Shown here piece by piece: positions 41,112 to 52,092 of a stretch of DNA of 64,000 nt. The translations under genes and the position numbers were made by a program. Location of the stretch: contig JAZDQA010000009.1 in NCBI GenBank assembly GCA_043797085.1, positions 32,001-96,000 of the forward strand, given 5' to 3'. The notes beneath the pieces were generated by a model that searched no databases, had not been told where the DNA came from, and saw only the letters and a program-made list of their open reading frames with translations. The DNA is from Pseudomonadota bacterium (GTDB lineage: Bacteria > Campylobacterota > Campylobacteria > Campylobacterales > Sulfurimonadaceae). Each line of letters starts with the position of its first letter. Position 1 is the stretch's first letter.

Positions 41112-42107
41112 ATGAGCCAAATCAGCTATAAAGATGCCGGTGTCGATATTGACGCAGGCAACAGTTTCGTCGAAAACATCAAACCGCTTGTCAAATCGAC
41201 TAGAATTCCGGGTGTACTGGGTGGAATCGGCTCATTTGCGGGAGCATTTGAACTTCCTGCTGGATACCGCGAACCCGTTATGCTTGCCGCAACCGATGGG
41301 GTAGGTACAAAACTCAAACTCGCGATCGATTCAGGTATTCATAACACCGTAGGAATCGATTTAGTCGCAATGTGCGTTAATGACCTCATCTGTAACTTCG
41401 GAACTCCTTCCTTTTTTCTCGATTATTATGCAACGGGCAAGCTCGATGTTAAAGCTGCAACAGCGGTTGTAAGTGGTATTGCGGAGGGTTGTATTCAGGC
41501 CGAATGCGCTCTCATCGGCGGTGAAACAGCCGAAATGCCGGGAATGTACCATAGCGATGATTACGATTTAGCAGGGTTTGCCGTCGGGATCGGTGAAAAA
41601 AGTGAACTTGACCGCTCTAATAAAGTCCAAGCAGGAGATATTCTTATTGCATTGCCAAGCTCCGGATTGCACTCAAACGGATTTTCGCTAGCACGCAAAG
41701 TACTCTTTGAAAAAATGGGGATGAAATTCGAAGATGAGTTCGAAGGGAAACCTCTTATCGACACACTTTTAACACCAACTCGTATCTACGTGAAAACATT
41801 CAAAGCGCTCAAAGATAAAATCCAAGCGTTAGCACACATCACAGGCGGTGGAATCGTTGAAAACTTCCCGCGTGTACTCCCTGATGGACTACGTGCGATT
41901 ATCACAGAATCTTCTATCCGCGTACTTCCTATTTTCGAGCTGATCGGTCAACATGTAGAGCGCTCAGAAATGTTCCGTGCATTCAATATGGGTGTCGGGA
42001 TGATTCTCGTAGTGAAATCCGAAAATGTAGAAGATGTTTTGAGTGCAACCGATGGGTATGTTATCGGGCATCTCGAAGCAGGTGTCAAAGAGGCTGTTTT
42101 AGTATAA
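41112..42107 (+). CDS. purM: Phosphoribosylaminoimidazole synthetase
   Basis: YKDAGVDIDAGN, DGVGTK, GGETAEMPG, GLHSNGFSL. Confidence 0.97.
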   Translation: MSQISYKDAGVDIDAGNSFVENIKPLVKSTRIPGVLGGIGSFAGAFELPAGYREPVMLAATDGVGTKLKLAIDSGIHNTVGIDLVAMCVNDLICNFGTPSFFLDYYATGKLDVKAATAVVSGIAEGCIQAECALIGGETAEMPGMYHSDDYDLAGFAVGIGEKSELDRSNKVQAGDILIALPSSGLHSNGFSLARKVLFEKMGMKFEDEFEGKPLIDTLLTPTRIYVKTFKALKDKIQALAHITGGGIVENFPRVLPDGLRAIITESSIRVLPIFELIGQHVERSEMFRAFNMGVGMILVVKSENVEDVLSATDGYVIGHLEAGVKEAVLV

Positions 42108-42156
42108 ATGGCGAAGCTAAAAAGCATCGCCATAAGGTAGGATTAAAATCCTACCT
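42108..42156. terminator. Tandem hairpins between convergent purM and ccoG
   Basis: ATGGCGA..TCGCCAT and AGGTAGGATT-AA-AATCCTACCT. Confidence 0.6.
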
Positions 42157-42169
42157 CCAATGCGTATTC

Positions 42170-43612
42170 TTATTTTACCAAATCCGCACGAGGGAAAGTA
42201 AAGGTAGATTCGCGAAGAACCATCACTTTTTCTTTATCATCCATTGCATACGCTTTAATCGTAATAGGAATAACCGTATCTTTACGACTGTCATTAACAA
42301 GCATCTCATCCGCATAGAGAACAATCACTTTTTTCTTAACAACGCCCGGTTTGACTTTAAACGGCTCAGTAGGTGTCCCTATTTTGATTTTACCTTCCAT
42401 ACCTTTTGGTGTAATGACATCAAAGTAGTAACTGTGATCTTCATTGAGCGTATTTTGCAGCAAGAACGTATAGGCGTTATCAACCCGTACTTTCCCCTCA
42501 TCGGTGTGATTAATTGCATACAGACGGTTCTCTTTGTTAATGTTCAAAAGCATATACTCTTTTTCACTTCCCATCATCCCCAAAATAATACTGACAACAA
42601 TCAAGATTCCAATGTAACCCAAAATTTTAGGACGGAAATAGTGTGTTTTCCCCTTCATAAAGAGAGTTTCTTTTTCACTCGACCACTCAACCAATGATGG
42701 CTTACCAAGTTTACCCATAACCTCTGTACATGCATCAACACACTCTAAACAGTTGATACACTCAAGCTGCAACCCTTTACGAATATCAATGTGAGTAGGA
42801 CATACCGTAACACAGCTCTCACAGGTAGTACACTCTGCATTCGTATTCACACTCAATAAATCTTTTTGCTTAGTATACAACTTCTCTTTTTGCTCATTAT
42901 AAATCTCACCGCCACGATTCGGATTATAAATCGCCATGATAGTATCATCATCATAGAGAACCGATTGAATACGGGAATAAGGGCATACATAGACACAAAA
43001 ATTTTCTTGCAAGAAAATGACATCATAAACCAAGAAAGCAACAATACCGAGGATTGCACCTATAAGAACCAAATGCTCATTAGGATTTTGGATGTACGCC
43101 AAGAAATCTTCAGGAGGTACAAAATACCACATCAAATCTGCCGCAGCAATAAACGACAATCCCGTCCAAATTAAAATTGCGACCAAACGCTTAATCTTAT
43201 TTTCTGCTTTTGAATAATCAGGTTCTTGCTGCTTATTTTTAATACGTTTGCGTAATCCCAAGAGCTTCGTCTCGATCAAGTCACGATAAACAACCCTGAA
43301 AATAGTTTGAGGGCATATCCATCCGCAGAAAACACGACCACCCAAGACAGTAATACCAAAAACGCCTATAAACAAGAACATCAATAGAAACGGCATCAAA
43401 TAAAGTTCTTGCATATCAAACTGAATAAACATTAGGTGGAGTTTTAACTTATCAAAACTCAACAAGAAGAGATGATTCCCATCAATGCGTATCCACGGAA
43501 TTATCAATGACAAAATGGTCACAAATCCATAAAACCAATATCGTTTAATTCTCCATGGAACCCATTTGTCTAAATAAGCTTTTCCTTTTAGGGATACTTC
43601 TTCTACACTCAT
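42170..43612 (-). CDS. ccoG: cbb3 oxidase accessory protein CcoG/FixG
   Basis: GRVFCGWICPQT, FCVYVCPY, two 4Fe-4S motifs. Confidence 0.93.
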   Translation of the reverse strand: MSVEEVSLKGKAYLDKWVPWRIKRYWFYGFVTILSLIIPWIRIDGNHLFLLSFDKLKLHLMFIQFDMQELYLMPFLLMFLFIGVFGITVLGGRVFCGWICPQTIFRVVYRDLIETKLLGLRKRIKNKQQEPDYSKAENKIKRLVAILIWTGLSFIAAADLMWYFVPPEDFLAYIQNPNEHLVLIGAILGIVAFLVYDVIFLQENFCVYVCPYSRIQSVLYDDDTIMAIYNPNRGGEIYNEQKEKLYTKQKDLLSVNTNAECTTCESCVTVCPTHIDIRKGLQLECINCLECVDACTEVMGKLGKPSLVEWSSEKETLFMKGKTHYFRPKILGYIGILIVVSIILGMMGSEKEYMLLNINKENRLYAINHTDEGKVRVDNAYTFLLQNTLNEDHSYYFDVITPKGMEGKIKIGTPTEPFKVKPGVVKKKVIVLYADEMLVNDSRKDTVIPITIKAYAMDDKEKVMVLRESTFTFPRADLVK

Positions 43613-44271
43613 TCGATCTCCTTTTTAATTACTTCAACGCTTGGACATTGAATAGTTTCTATCATAATCGCTCGTGCATCTGACTCGTTATTTGAGAGAA
43701 CAACTCCCCCAACCAAGGCTTTTAACTCTCGCGATTCGACATAATCTTTTAATGAGCTGCGACTCACTTTCATTTGGCGCGCTATTTCACTGACGCTATT
43801 GCCCTGCTTTAACAGAGAAATAATTTGATCTAACTTTAAATCAAATTTTGATACCGATTTAGACCCGCGCGGTCGTCCAATCCCTTTTTTGTCATCATTT
43901 TGTACCATTTGACGAAGCTGGTCAATAAGTCCTAAAACGACCATTATATCACTCTGTGCGTTGATTATAATCCCTTGTTTTACACAATGAATCGTATTGC
44001 CATTTTTAAGAAGACAACTCATAACCTGCACCACATCTTCGATATTAACGCTCAGTACCCACACGTCATAAATCAATAATGTATCTGCTCTTAAAGAACG
44101 AAAGAGCTCAACGACACTGCTTCGATCACTTATCCGTTTATTTTGGGAAATCTGATCAATCAGTTCTTTATCGATGGGAAGTTTCATCTGATCGCTATAA
44201 GCATTAATCAATTTTAATTGCTCATAAACATTATCAAAATCTTTGTCAGGACGGATATAGCTCACAATCAT
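43609..44271 (-). CDS. Degenerate serine-recombinase (resolvase) family protein with C-terminal HTH
   Basis: SYIRPD in place of YxRVS; GRPRG followed by HTH SVSEIARQMKVSRSSL. Confidence 0.7.
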   Translation of the reverse strand: MIVSYIRPDKDFDNVYEQLKLINAYSDQMKLPIDKELIDQISQNKRISDRSSVVELFRSLRADTLLIYDVWVLSVNIEDVVQVMSCLLKNGNTIHCVKQGIIINAQSDIMVVLGLIDQLRQMVQNDDKKGIGRPRGSKSVSKFDLKLDQIISLLKQGNSVSEIARQMKVSRSSLKDYVESRELKALVGGVVLSNNESDARAIMIETIQCPSVEVIKKEIE

Positions 44272-44350
44272 TGCGGTTAAATTCCTCTCAAAGTTGAATT
44301 TAATCGTCATAATAACCTATTTCGACGGCTTAAGTCAATAAAGAATCTAT

Positions 44351-45145
44351 TTATTTCGTCACAATCGTATCACTCAAGAGTACGACTTCGCATTGCAGCT
44401 CAATTTCAAACTGTTCAAACACCTGTTTTTGAGCCTCTTTTATTAGAAAAAGGGCATCTTCATACTCTCCTCCACCATAGTTGACGAGAAAATTAGCATG
44501 AACATCACTAAACGCCATCGCACCCACCCGTTTTCCTTTTAATCCTACTGCCTCAATAAGCCGTCCCGCATAATCATTCGGGGGATTTTTAAAACAACTT
44601 CCTGCACTGGGAACATTAGGCTGATTGGAACGCATTTGGGCAAACATTTCCAATCGTTCATGTGAAAATCCTTCTTCAAGCTCAAAAGCCGCCTCAAAAA
44701 CGACTTCATTGATCGAAGTTTTTCGATAGCCAAACTCTATTTCATTTTTTTGTTTCCATCCGCTTTGAGTACGAATTGCAATCAAATGATTGAAAATCTC
44801 ATACTCTTTGAGTCCCGCATTCATTTTTAACATTCCACCTAATGTTCCGGGAAGTTTTGAAAGATATTCAAAATGAGCAATATTATTTTTTTTGCAAAAC
44901 GACACAACACGCCCCCCGGGAGTTGCCGCACCGACAATCAGACGATTCTCCTCAAGACGGATAAAATCATACTGCTTTGAAAGCATCATAAGCGGTGGAG
45001 GAGTGGGTGAAACGAGGAGGTTATTGGCACTTCCGACAATAACGCAACCTTCGGGAACATTATCATCTTCGATAAGCGTTACATCGACAACAGGACCGAT
45101 ACGCATAGAACTAAACTTGGAGAAATCAATGGTTTTAGAAGTCAT
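44351..45145 (-). CDS. murB: UDP-N-acetylenolpyruvoylglucosamine reductase
   Basis: PGTLGGMLKMNAG, PSAGSCFKNP, HANFLVN. Confidence 0.95.
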   Translation of the reverse strand: MTSKTIDFSKFSSMRIGPVVDVTLIEDDNVPEGCVIVGSANNLLVSPTPPPLMMLSKQYDFIRLEENRLIVGAATPGGRVVSFCKKNNIAHFEYLSKLPGTLGGMLKMNAGLKEYEIFNHLIAIRTQSGWKQKNEIEFGYRKTSINEVVFEAAFELEEGFSHERLEMFAQMRSNQPNVPSAGSCFKNPPNDYAGRLIEAVGLKGKRVGAMAFSDVHANFLVNYGGGEYEDALFLIKEAQKQVFEQFEIELQCEVVLLSDTIVTK

Positions 45146-45411
45146 TGCATAAACGTCGGAATCAGATTAAACATCCGAATGGTGAAATCTTGCATCTCAT
45201 TCATCATCCACGGCATGGTTAAAATAATGACAACAATAATTCCTACAATCTTAGGAATAAAGCTCAGTGTCATCTCATTTATTTGAGTGGTGGCTTGGAA
45301 AATACTCACAGCAAGACCCAAAAACATCCCTACAAGCAATGCGGGAAGCGATAAAATTAACGCGATTTTAAACGTCTCAATACCAAGACCAATCAGCTCT
45401 TCTTGCATCAT
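45142..45411 (-). CDS. fliQ: Flagellar export protein FliQ
   Basis: FQATTQINEMTLSFIPK. Confidence 0.96.
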   Translation of the reverse strand: MMQEELIGLGIETFKIALILSLPALLVGMFLGLAVSIFQATTQINEMTLSFIPKIVGIIVVIILTMPWMMNEMQDFTIRMFNLIPTFMQ

Positions 45412-45505
45412 ATTAAACTCCTAACGTTGAGCGAACACGTCCCGGCAACTACGTTAACACTAGGTTTACTTCGGCAGGAAGCACTCGCGCAGTATATCGC
45501 GCTCA

Positions 45506-46369
45506 TTAACCATTCCTCAATTGGGTGTATTCTTGCGGAATACAAAAATCTCGTGCATCCATTTTTTGATCAAAAAAGTTGTGTTTATAGCCGATTTCAA
45601 AAAGTTTGTTTATCGCTTTAAACTGAAGATCACTGAGGCTGATGGACTCATCGTTGGCGTACAATTCGAGATATTTTTCCAATGTTTCGGCATCAATTCG
45701 TACTAATGAACGTTCAATGAGCATTTTTGAGAGCAACTCTTTGTGGTCTCGTGCTACTTGTACCGCTTTTGTAAGAAGATTTTCATACGAAATGGCTGAC
45801 GTCAAAGGTAAAGAACGTCGAATCGCCATTCCGCCCAAAGGAAGCGGAAGATCCCCGCCGCTTAGTTCGCACCATATATCCCATAATTCTCTCTCGACTA
45901 CCAAAGAATCATCGTAGCCTAAAATACTTTCATGGATCAATACCCCAGCATCCACCGTCCCATCTATAACTGCTTGCTCAATGTCGAGAAAATTCATGTA
46001 AACAATTTTAGCATCAGGATAGGCAATACGAAAGAGAAGGGCATTGGTCGTATATTTTCCGCTGAGTGCCACTTTGAATTTACGTTTTAATACCGTATTG
46101 CGCTTGCGAATAAGCTTAGGTCCATAACCGCTTCCAAAGCTGACTGCGGTGCGAAGAAGGGCATATTCTTGGGCAATATGGGGATATAAACCAAAGCTGA
46201 TTGCGCTTATATCGTATGTCCCTTTGAGGGCTTCAACATTAAGCGTTTCAATATCAAGCGGTATATTTTCAAAAACGGTATTAGTATGACCTACCCACCC
46301 AAACTTGATGGCGTAATACATAAAAATATCATCCGCATCAGGAGAGTGGGCAATTACCATTTTTTTCAC
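45506..46369 (-). CDS. mqnD: 1,4-dihydroxy-6-naphthoate synthase (futalosine pathway)
   Basis: AHSPDADDIFM, GYGP, GVLIHE, LPLPLGG. Confidence 0.9.
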   Translation of the reverse strand: MKKMVIAHSPDADDIFMYYAIKFGWVGHTNTVFENIPLDIETLNVEALKGTYDISAISFGLYPHIAQEYALLRTAVSFGSGYGPKLIRKRNTVLKRKFKVALSGKYTTNALLFRIAYPDAKIVYMNFLDIEQAVIDGTVDAGVLIHESILGYDDSLVVERELWDIWCELSGGDLPLPLGGMAIRRSLPLTSAISYENLLTKAVQVARDHKELLSKMLIERSLVRIDAETLEKYLELYANDESISLSDLQFKAINKLFEIGYKHNFFDQKMDARDFCIPQEYTQLRNG

Positions 46370-46547
46370 TAAAAACACCTCTTAAGTTTACAAATCTATG
46401 TAAATTTTAACGAAATAACGCTAAAATATCTCTATAAATATTCGAATGAATGTATTGTATTGCAATTTGTCATATTTTTAACAAATATTTTCAATTTGTC
46501 ATATTATTGTCTAACTTTATATTTTACCCTTTTAGGAGAACACGACA

Positions 46548-47588
46548 ATGGTAGATCCAAACAAACTCAAATCACTCGAATTGGCTATGAAACAAATCGA
46601 TAAAACATTCGGCAAAGGGACGCTTATGCGTCTAGGCGATAAGGTAATTGAGCCTATTGGCTCAATTAGTACGGGCTCGCTTGGACTTGATTTAGCGCTT
46701 GGAATTGGCGGAGTTCCTGAGGGGCGCGTAGTTGAGATTTATGGACCTGAGAGTTCAGGAAAAACAACTTTGACCCTTCATATTATCGCCGAAGCGCAAC
46801 GAAAAGGGTCTATTTGTGCCTTTATCGATGCGGAACATGCATTGGATGTTGGATACGCTAAAAATTTGGGCGTGGATGTTGAAAATCTTCTTGTCTCACA
46901 ACCTGATTATGGCGAACAAGCACTCGACATTGTCGAAACCATTGCCCGCAGCGGTGCCGTCGATCTTATCGTCATTGACTCTGTAGCAGCCCTAACCCCT
47001 AAAGTAGAAATCGAAGGGGAAATGGGAGATCAGCAAGTAGGAGTACAAGCACGTCTCATGTCCAAAGCATTGCGTAAGCTCACTGGTGTTTTGCACAAAA
47101 TGAATTGTACTATTATCTTTATCAACCAAATCCGTATGAAAATCGGAACCATGGGATACGGTTCACCTGAAACAACCACAGGGGGAAATGCTCTGAAATT
47201 TTACGCATCGGTTCGTATCGATATTCGTAAAATCGCAACGCTTAAACAAGGTGAGAGCCAAATCGGAAATCGCGTTAAAGCCAAAGTCATTAAAAATAAA
47301 GTGGCTCCTCCGTTTCGTCAGGCAGAATTTGACATCATGTTTGGAGAAGGTATCTCTAAAGAGGGCGAACTTGTTGATTACGGCGTAAAACTTGATATAA
47401 TAGACAAAAGCGGAGCATGGTTTAGTTTTGAAGATACAAAACTAGGACAAGGTCGTGAAAACGTTAAGCAAAAGTTCAAAGACGAGCCTGAGCTGGCAAA
47501 GAAAATCGAAGAAAAAATTAAATCTGCAATGGGTGTTAATAACATCATGATTATGGGTGAATCTGAAATGAATGAGGTGGATGAATGA
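46548..47588 (+). CDS. recA: Recombinase A
   Basis: [25 protein letters not shown]. Confidence 0.99.
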   Translation: MVDPNKLKSLELAMKQIDKTFGKGTLMRLGDKVIEPIGSISTGSLGLDLALGIGGVPEGRVVEIYGPESSGKTTLTLHIIAEAQRKGSICAFIDAEHALDVGYAKNLGVDVENLLVSQPDYGEQALDIVETIARSGAVDLIVIDSVAALTPKVEIEGEMGDQQVGVQARLMSKALRKLTGVLHKMNCTIIFINQIRMKIGTMGYGSPETTTGGNALKFYASVRIDIRKIATLKQGESQIGNRVKAKVIKNKVAPPFRQAEFDIMFGEGISKEGELVDYGVKLDIIDKSGAWFSFEDTKLGQGRENVKQKFKDEPELAKKIEEKIKSAMGVNNIMIMGESEMNEVDE

Positions 47589-48853
47589 TTTTTATTGATG
47601 AAGTAAGCGCAATTGAAGTAATGGATTCTCGTGGCAATCCAACCGTAAAAGCAACAGTACAGTTGAGTGACGGAACACGCGAAAGTGCAATCGTACCAAG
47701 CGGTGCAAGTACAGGCAAACGTGAAGCGCTGGAATTACGTGATGGTGACAGTCGTTACATGGGTAAAGGTGTACTCAAAGCGGTGGGTCACGTTAATAAT
47801 GAAATCGCTGATGCAATCATGGGTCTTAGCCCTTATAATCAAGCAATGGTCGATGCTGTTATGAAAGAAATCGATGGTACTGAAAACTATGGTAACCTTG
47901 GAGCTAATGCTGTTTTAGGTGTTTCCATGGCGGTTGCTCGAGCTGCTGCTAAAAGTTTAGATATTCCTCTTTATCGATATCTCGGCGGTGCGAATGCAAT
48001 GGTTATACCGGTTCCAATGCTCAACATCATCAATGGCGGATCTCATGCGGATAACAGCGTTGATTTTCAAGAGTATATGATTATGCCGATTGGTTTTAAC
48101 GATTTTAGTGAAGGGTTACGTGCATCTGCTGAAGTGTACCACAATCTAAAAGGAATTTTAAAAGCCAAAAAGCACAATACGGCATTGGGTGACGAAGGTG
48201 GTTTTGCACCCGATTTAAGTTCCAATGAAGAGCCTATTCAAATCATCATGGAAGCGATCGAAAAAGCGGGCTATAAAGCAGGTGAACAAATCGCTATCGC
48301 ACTTGACGTTGCGGCATCTGAGCTTGTTACGGAAGGTGGCTACAAACTCGACTCTGAAAACAGAACCGTAACATCCGCTGAATTGGTCGATTACTATGTT
48401 GATCTTTGCTCTAAATATCCTATCGTTTCGATCGAAGACGGCTTAAGCGAAGATGATTGGGATGGATGGAAAATTCTAACTGAAAAATTGGGATCAAAAG
48501 TTCAACTCGTCGGAGATGATTTGTTCGTGACCAATGCCAATATTTTGGCAGAGGGAATTACAAAAGGGATTGCTAACTCAATCCTCATCAAGCCTAACCA
48601 AATCGGTTCCGTTTCTGAAACAATGCTAACCGTTCGTTTGGCTCAGCGTAATGGTTATAAATGTGTTATGTCACACCGCTCAGGCGAGAGTGAAGATGCA
48701 TTTATTGCGGACTTTGCCGTTGCGCTCAACTGCGGTGAGATCAAAACCGGGTCAACTGCGAGAGGTGAACGTACAGCTAAATACAACCGTTTGCTTGAAA
48801 TCGAAAATGAAGTGATGTACGGTGAATACCTTGGGAGTAGTTTATTTAAATAA
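47585..48853 (+). CDS. eno: Enolase
   Basis: [23 protein letters not shown]. Confidence 0.99.
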   Translation: MIFIDEVSAIEVMDSRGNPTVKATVQLSDGTRESAIVPSGASTGKREALELRDGDSRYMGKGVLKAVGHVNNEIADAIMGLSPYNQAMVDAVMKEIDGTENYGNLGANAVLGVSMAVARAAAKSLDIPLYRYLGGANAMVIPVPMLNIINGGSHADNSVDFQEYMIMPIGFNDFSEGLRASAEVYHNLKGILKAKKHNTALGDEGGFAPDLSSNEEPIQIIMEAIEKAGYKAGEQIAIALDVAASELVTEGGYKLDSENRTVTSAELVDYYVDLCSKYPIVSIEDGLSEDDWDGWKILTEKLGSKVQLVGDDLFVTNANILAEGITKGIANSILIKPNQIGSVSETMLTVRLAQRNGYKCVMSHRSGESEDAFIADFAVALNCGEIKTGSTARGERTAKYNRLLEIENEVMYGEYLGSSLFK

Positions 48854-49170
48854 TGAACTATCAAGAGCATGACCAAATACTCGATTCAAGCGTCGCTGAA
48901 CAGAGTTTCAGTGAACGTCGTTTTGGTCTCTCAACTCCAAAATTTTTTCTGGTAGCTGGCTTAATTGTAGCTATTTTATTCTATCTCAGTGTTCTTATTT
49001 TTGGAAACAATTCTCTTTTAGTTTTAATCAATCTTGAAGAGTATCAAACCTTTCTTTCAGAAGACATTGAGCATCTAAAAAGTGAAAATGCTTCCTTACA
49101 AAAGCAATATTTTGAGCTAAAAGAATTAGACGCTGATTCTGGATCAATACAAAAAGATGAGCAACAATGA
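48853..49170 (+). CDS. Septum formation initiator (FtsB/DivIC-like)
   Basis: One TM helix then coiled coil (ENASLQKQYFELK); follows eno. Confidence 0.7.
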   Translation: MNYQEHDQILDSSVAEQSFSERRFGLSTPKFFLVAGLIVAILFYLSVLIFGNNSLLVLINLEEYQTFLSEDIEHLKSENASLQKQYFELKELDADSGSIQKDEQQ

Positions 49171-49778
49171 AAAAAACACTCCTTCTCTCATCTCTTTTAA
49201 TTACAACTCTTTTTGCACGTGAAAATCCATTTTTCGCTCTTTCAGAAGGGGGGAGTCTTCCCATATCATCTGAGATAAACGACCATAAACCTCCGCTTAC
49301 ATCAATGACCTATAACTTTCCCAACAACTCACGCCTTCTCAAAGATGTAAGTTTTACCCTTCAAAATGTTGATGGAAGTTTCGAAACCCGAAAGCTTGAG
49401 ATTGACCAAAGTATTGACTGGCGATCCCCTCTCGTACTTTCACAATCAAACTCACAAACTCATTCCTCTGCAACTGAAAATAAATCTTCTTCAAACAGCA
49501 GCTTTATACAATTTGTTAATTCAGGCAATCAAATATCTCTTATTAGTAAAAAATCCATGCTGCGCCACTTTACGCTAAGTGATCCACACACTGTTATCAT
49601 AGATTTTAAGTATGCCGGAGTATTTGAACCTTATCAAAAAGAGCTCTCTTCACGTCCCTATACAAAAATAAAAGTAACCAACCATGGCAGTTTTGCACGA
49701 GTCATCCTGACTCTTGACGGACCTCATGTTTGCAACGTTTCTAAAACAGAACAAGGTGCTAGTGTTATTTGTAAATAA
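49167..49778 (+). CDS. AMIN-domain periplasmic protein
   Basis: Signal peptide + RENPF; HFTLSDPHTVIIDF, ARVILTLDG. Confidence 0.8.
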   Translation: MKKTLLLSSLLITTLFARENPFFALSEGGSLPISSEINDHKPPLTSMTYNFPNNSRLLKDVSFTLQNVDGSFETRKLEIDQSIDWRSPLVLSQSNSQTHSSATENKSSSNSSFIQFVNSGNQISLISKKSMLRHFTLSDPHTVIIDFKYAGVFEPYQKELSSRPYTKIKVTNHGSFARVILTLDGPHVCNVSKTEQGASVICK

Positions 49779-49781
49779 TAA

Positions 49782-49930
49782 CTGACGTTACGCACTTACG
49801 CAATTGAGTGATTTTCTTGATAATTCAACTCTAAACTTCATTCGTTAAGAGGTAGAGGTGCTTTGATTTACGTAATTTAGCACATGTATCTTTGAATTTT
49901 CAAGAAAATCACTCAATTGCGTAATATCAG
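49782..49930 (-). mobile_element. MITE-like element copy 3 (149 bp)
   Basis: Reverse orientation; perfect direct repeat ATAATAA at 49775-49781 and 49931-49937. Confidence 0.88.
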
Positions 49931-49987
49931 ATAATAAAAGAAGAGAGAGCTGGATCCCGTAACAAGTACGGGACGAGTAGAAAATGA

Positions 49988-50491
49988 TTACGCTACAGCA
50001 GCCAAAGCAGCATCGTAGTTAGGCTCTTCTGTGATTTCAGGAACGATTTCTTTATACGTAACAACACCCTCTTCGTTTACTGCGAAAATTGCGCGACATG
50101 TTACGCCTGCAAGAACTGAACCGCCAAGCAATACACCATAAGCATTTGCAAATTCTTTGTTGCGGAAGTCAGAACATACAGTCAAGTTATCAATACCTTC
50201 AGCTTGGCAAAAACGTCCTGCTGCAAACGGAAGGTCAAGAGATACGATAGTTACCGTAACATCAGAAAGACCTGCCGCTTTTGCATTGAAATTACGAGTT
50301 TCAGTAGCACATACGCCTGTATCCAAAGAAGGAACAACGATAATAAGTTGTTTTTTACCTGTTGCGCCGCCTACAGTAACATCACCAAGACCTGCTGAGT
50401 TTACTACCGTAATTGCCGGTGCTTTATCGCCAACGTTAACAGTGTTTCCTAAAAGTTCTACGTCTGTACCTTTGAATTTTGTTGTTGCCAT
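49988..50491 (-). CDS. tpx: Thiol peroxidase
   Basis: VPSLDTGVC, DLPFAAGRFC, EPNYDAAL. Confidence 0.96.
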   Translation of the reverse strand: MATTKFKGTDVELLGNTVNVGDKAPAITVVNSAGLGDVTVGGATGKKQLIIVVPSLDTGVCATETRNFNAKAAGLSDVTVTIVSLDLPFAAGRFCQAEGIDNLTVCSDFRNKEFANAYGVLLGGSVLAGVTCRAIFAVNEEGVVTYKEIVPEITEEPNYDAALAAVA

Positions 50492-50584
50492 TTTGGGCTC
50501 CTGTATTTATTTATATGGGGAATTGTACAAAAATCAGACAATTTTACTCTGAATTCTAAAATATATGTTTTAGATTAAGCTAAA

Positions 50585-51562
50585 TCACAGTTTGCAACGA
50601 GGATTAATCGCCACATCTGCATGATTCACAAAGAGATCAAGGGAATACGCTTCCAATGCGCATCGACCTATCATCGCCGCATTATCGGAACAGAACTCCA
50701 AGGGAGCTAATAATAATGGGGCTTTATAGGGTGTAAGTATCTGCTGAACTTGTGAACGTAAATAGAGGTTAGCACTTGCACCGCCTACGATAGCAAAGCG
50801 TACAGGTGGTTTGATTTTGAAATATTTTTTGAGCTTTTGGATCAAATGATCGGTGGCGGTTTTTTGAAATGCGGCGGCTATATCAGGGTATGATTCGACC
50901 GAAGCAGATTCAACTGCTAAACGAACTTGATTTTTAAGTCCTGAGTAACTAAAAGCAATCAACGGTGATTGCCATAGAGGGACGGTAAATGAAAGCTTAG
51001 AAGCATCACCGCTTTGGGCTAGCTTCTCAATCACAGGTCCCCCTGGATAACCTAGCTTCATCATCTTTGCTACTTTATCGAAACTTTCTCCATAGCTATC
51101 ATCCATAGTGGTTGCAACCGTTTCCATCTGAGAGTACGATTTAACCTCAATGAGTTGCGTATGCCCCCCCGAAACCAAAAGCACTGTCAAGGGTAATACA
51201 GACTGCTTTTCAATAAAGAGAGAGTAGATGTGCCCTTTTAAGTGGTTAATCGGCAAAATGGGTATATTAAGGCTGATTGCGAGCGCTTTTGCCATCACAA
51301 CACCCTCGATCAGCGTTACCCCTAATCCCGGTTCACTGGTTACGGCAACGGCTTTTAATGCACTAAACCACGGTTCACATTCGCTTAAAATAGCCGGAAG
51401 AGCGATGGCATGAAGACGACTGGCAAGTTCTGGAACCACACCGCCGTATTGGGAATGTTCGAGCTCTTGGGATATTTTTTTATGGTAGATGAGTTTTTTG
51501 GTTGCAATCTCAGTAATCGCAATTGAGCTGTCGTCACACGAACTTTCTATGCTCAGGATCAT
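50585..51562 (-). CDS. tsaD: tRNA N6-threonylcarbamoyltransferase TsaD
   Basis: [36 protein letters not shown]. Confidence 0.96.
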   Translation of the reverse strand: MILSIESSCDDSSIAITEIATKKLIYHKKISQELEHSQYGGVVPELASRLHAIALPAILSECEPWFSALKAVAVTSEPGLGVTLIEGVVMAKALAISLNIPILPINHLKGHIYSLFIEKQSVLPLTVLLVSGGHTQLIEVKSYSQMETVATTMDDSYGESFDKVAKMMKLGYPGGPVIEKLAQSGDASKLSFTVPLWQSPLIAFSYSGLKNQVRLAVESASVESYPDIAAAFQKTATDHLIQKLKKYFKIKPPVRFAIVGGASANLYLRSQVQQILTPYKAPLLLAPLEFCSDNAAMIGRCALEAYSLDLFVNHADVAINPRCKL

Positions 51563-52092
51563 TGTATCACCCACTCTTTTACCCAAGGCCATTCTCCAAA
51601 TCCAGCATCAGCGTTAAGGTGTCCGCCATTGCTTATCACCATCATCTCCACACCAAGTACCTTTTGCAGCTCTAACGCCTCTTCTTGGCTCATGTAAGGG
51701 TCATTATCGGAGGTTACCAGCATAACCTCATCGGCATACAATGAATTCGGAGCTTCAAGGGGAAAAAAGCTTTTGAGAGTTTCGAGCTCGCAAGTCAAAC
51801 GGGGAGGCGCAACCAAAAGAAGTCGTTTGACCGGAGTGATCTCACCTTCCTGACACAAATGAAACCATAAACTATTAGCCAGTGAATGACAGACAACAAC
51901 CTCAGGTTGAAATTCATTTAAAAGGGCTTTTACTTGCTTCATCCATCTATTTTTACTCGGAAAATGGGGGTTATCCAAAAGGGGAAAAGAGACTGTTCCG
52001 TACTCTTTGGCTATTTCGCCTGCGAGCCATGCTTGCCAATGGGGATCATCACTTCCACCCCATCCGTGCAATAAAAGGGTTTTTTGTCTCAT
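51559..52092 (-). CDS. RBBP9/YdeN-family alpha/beta hydrolase
   Basis: [27 protein letters not shown]. Confidence 0.88.
   Translation of the reverse strand: MRQKTLLLHGWGGSDDPHWQAWLAGEIAKEYGTVSFPLLDNPHFPSKNRWMKQVKALLNEFQPEVVVCHSLANSLWFHLCQEGEITPVKRLLLVAPPRLTCELETLKSFFPLEAPNSLYADEVMLVTSDNDPYMSQEEALELQKVLGVEMMVISNGGHLNADAGFGEWPWVKEWVIQ

Noticed and set aside
45420..45505. SRP RNA or c-di-GMP-I riboswitch
   Set aside because: Contains AGGAAGCA and CTGCCGAAG fragments but lacks the SRP domain IV tetraloop arrangement and the GGCAAA..GAAA..GACGCAAAG core.
49955..49973. TCCCGTAACAAGTACGGGA hairpin after tpx as a REP element
   Set aside because: Single copy in the window; adequately explained as a terminator-like stem.
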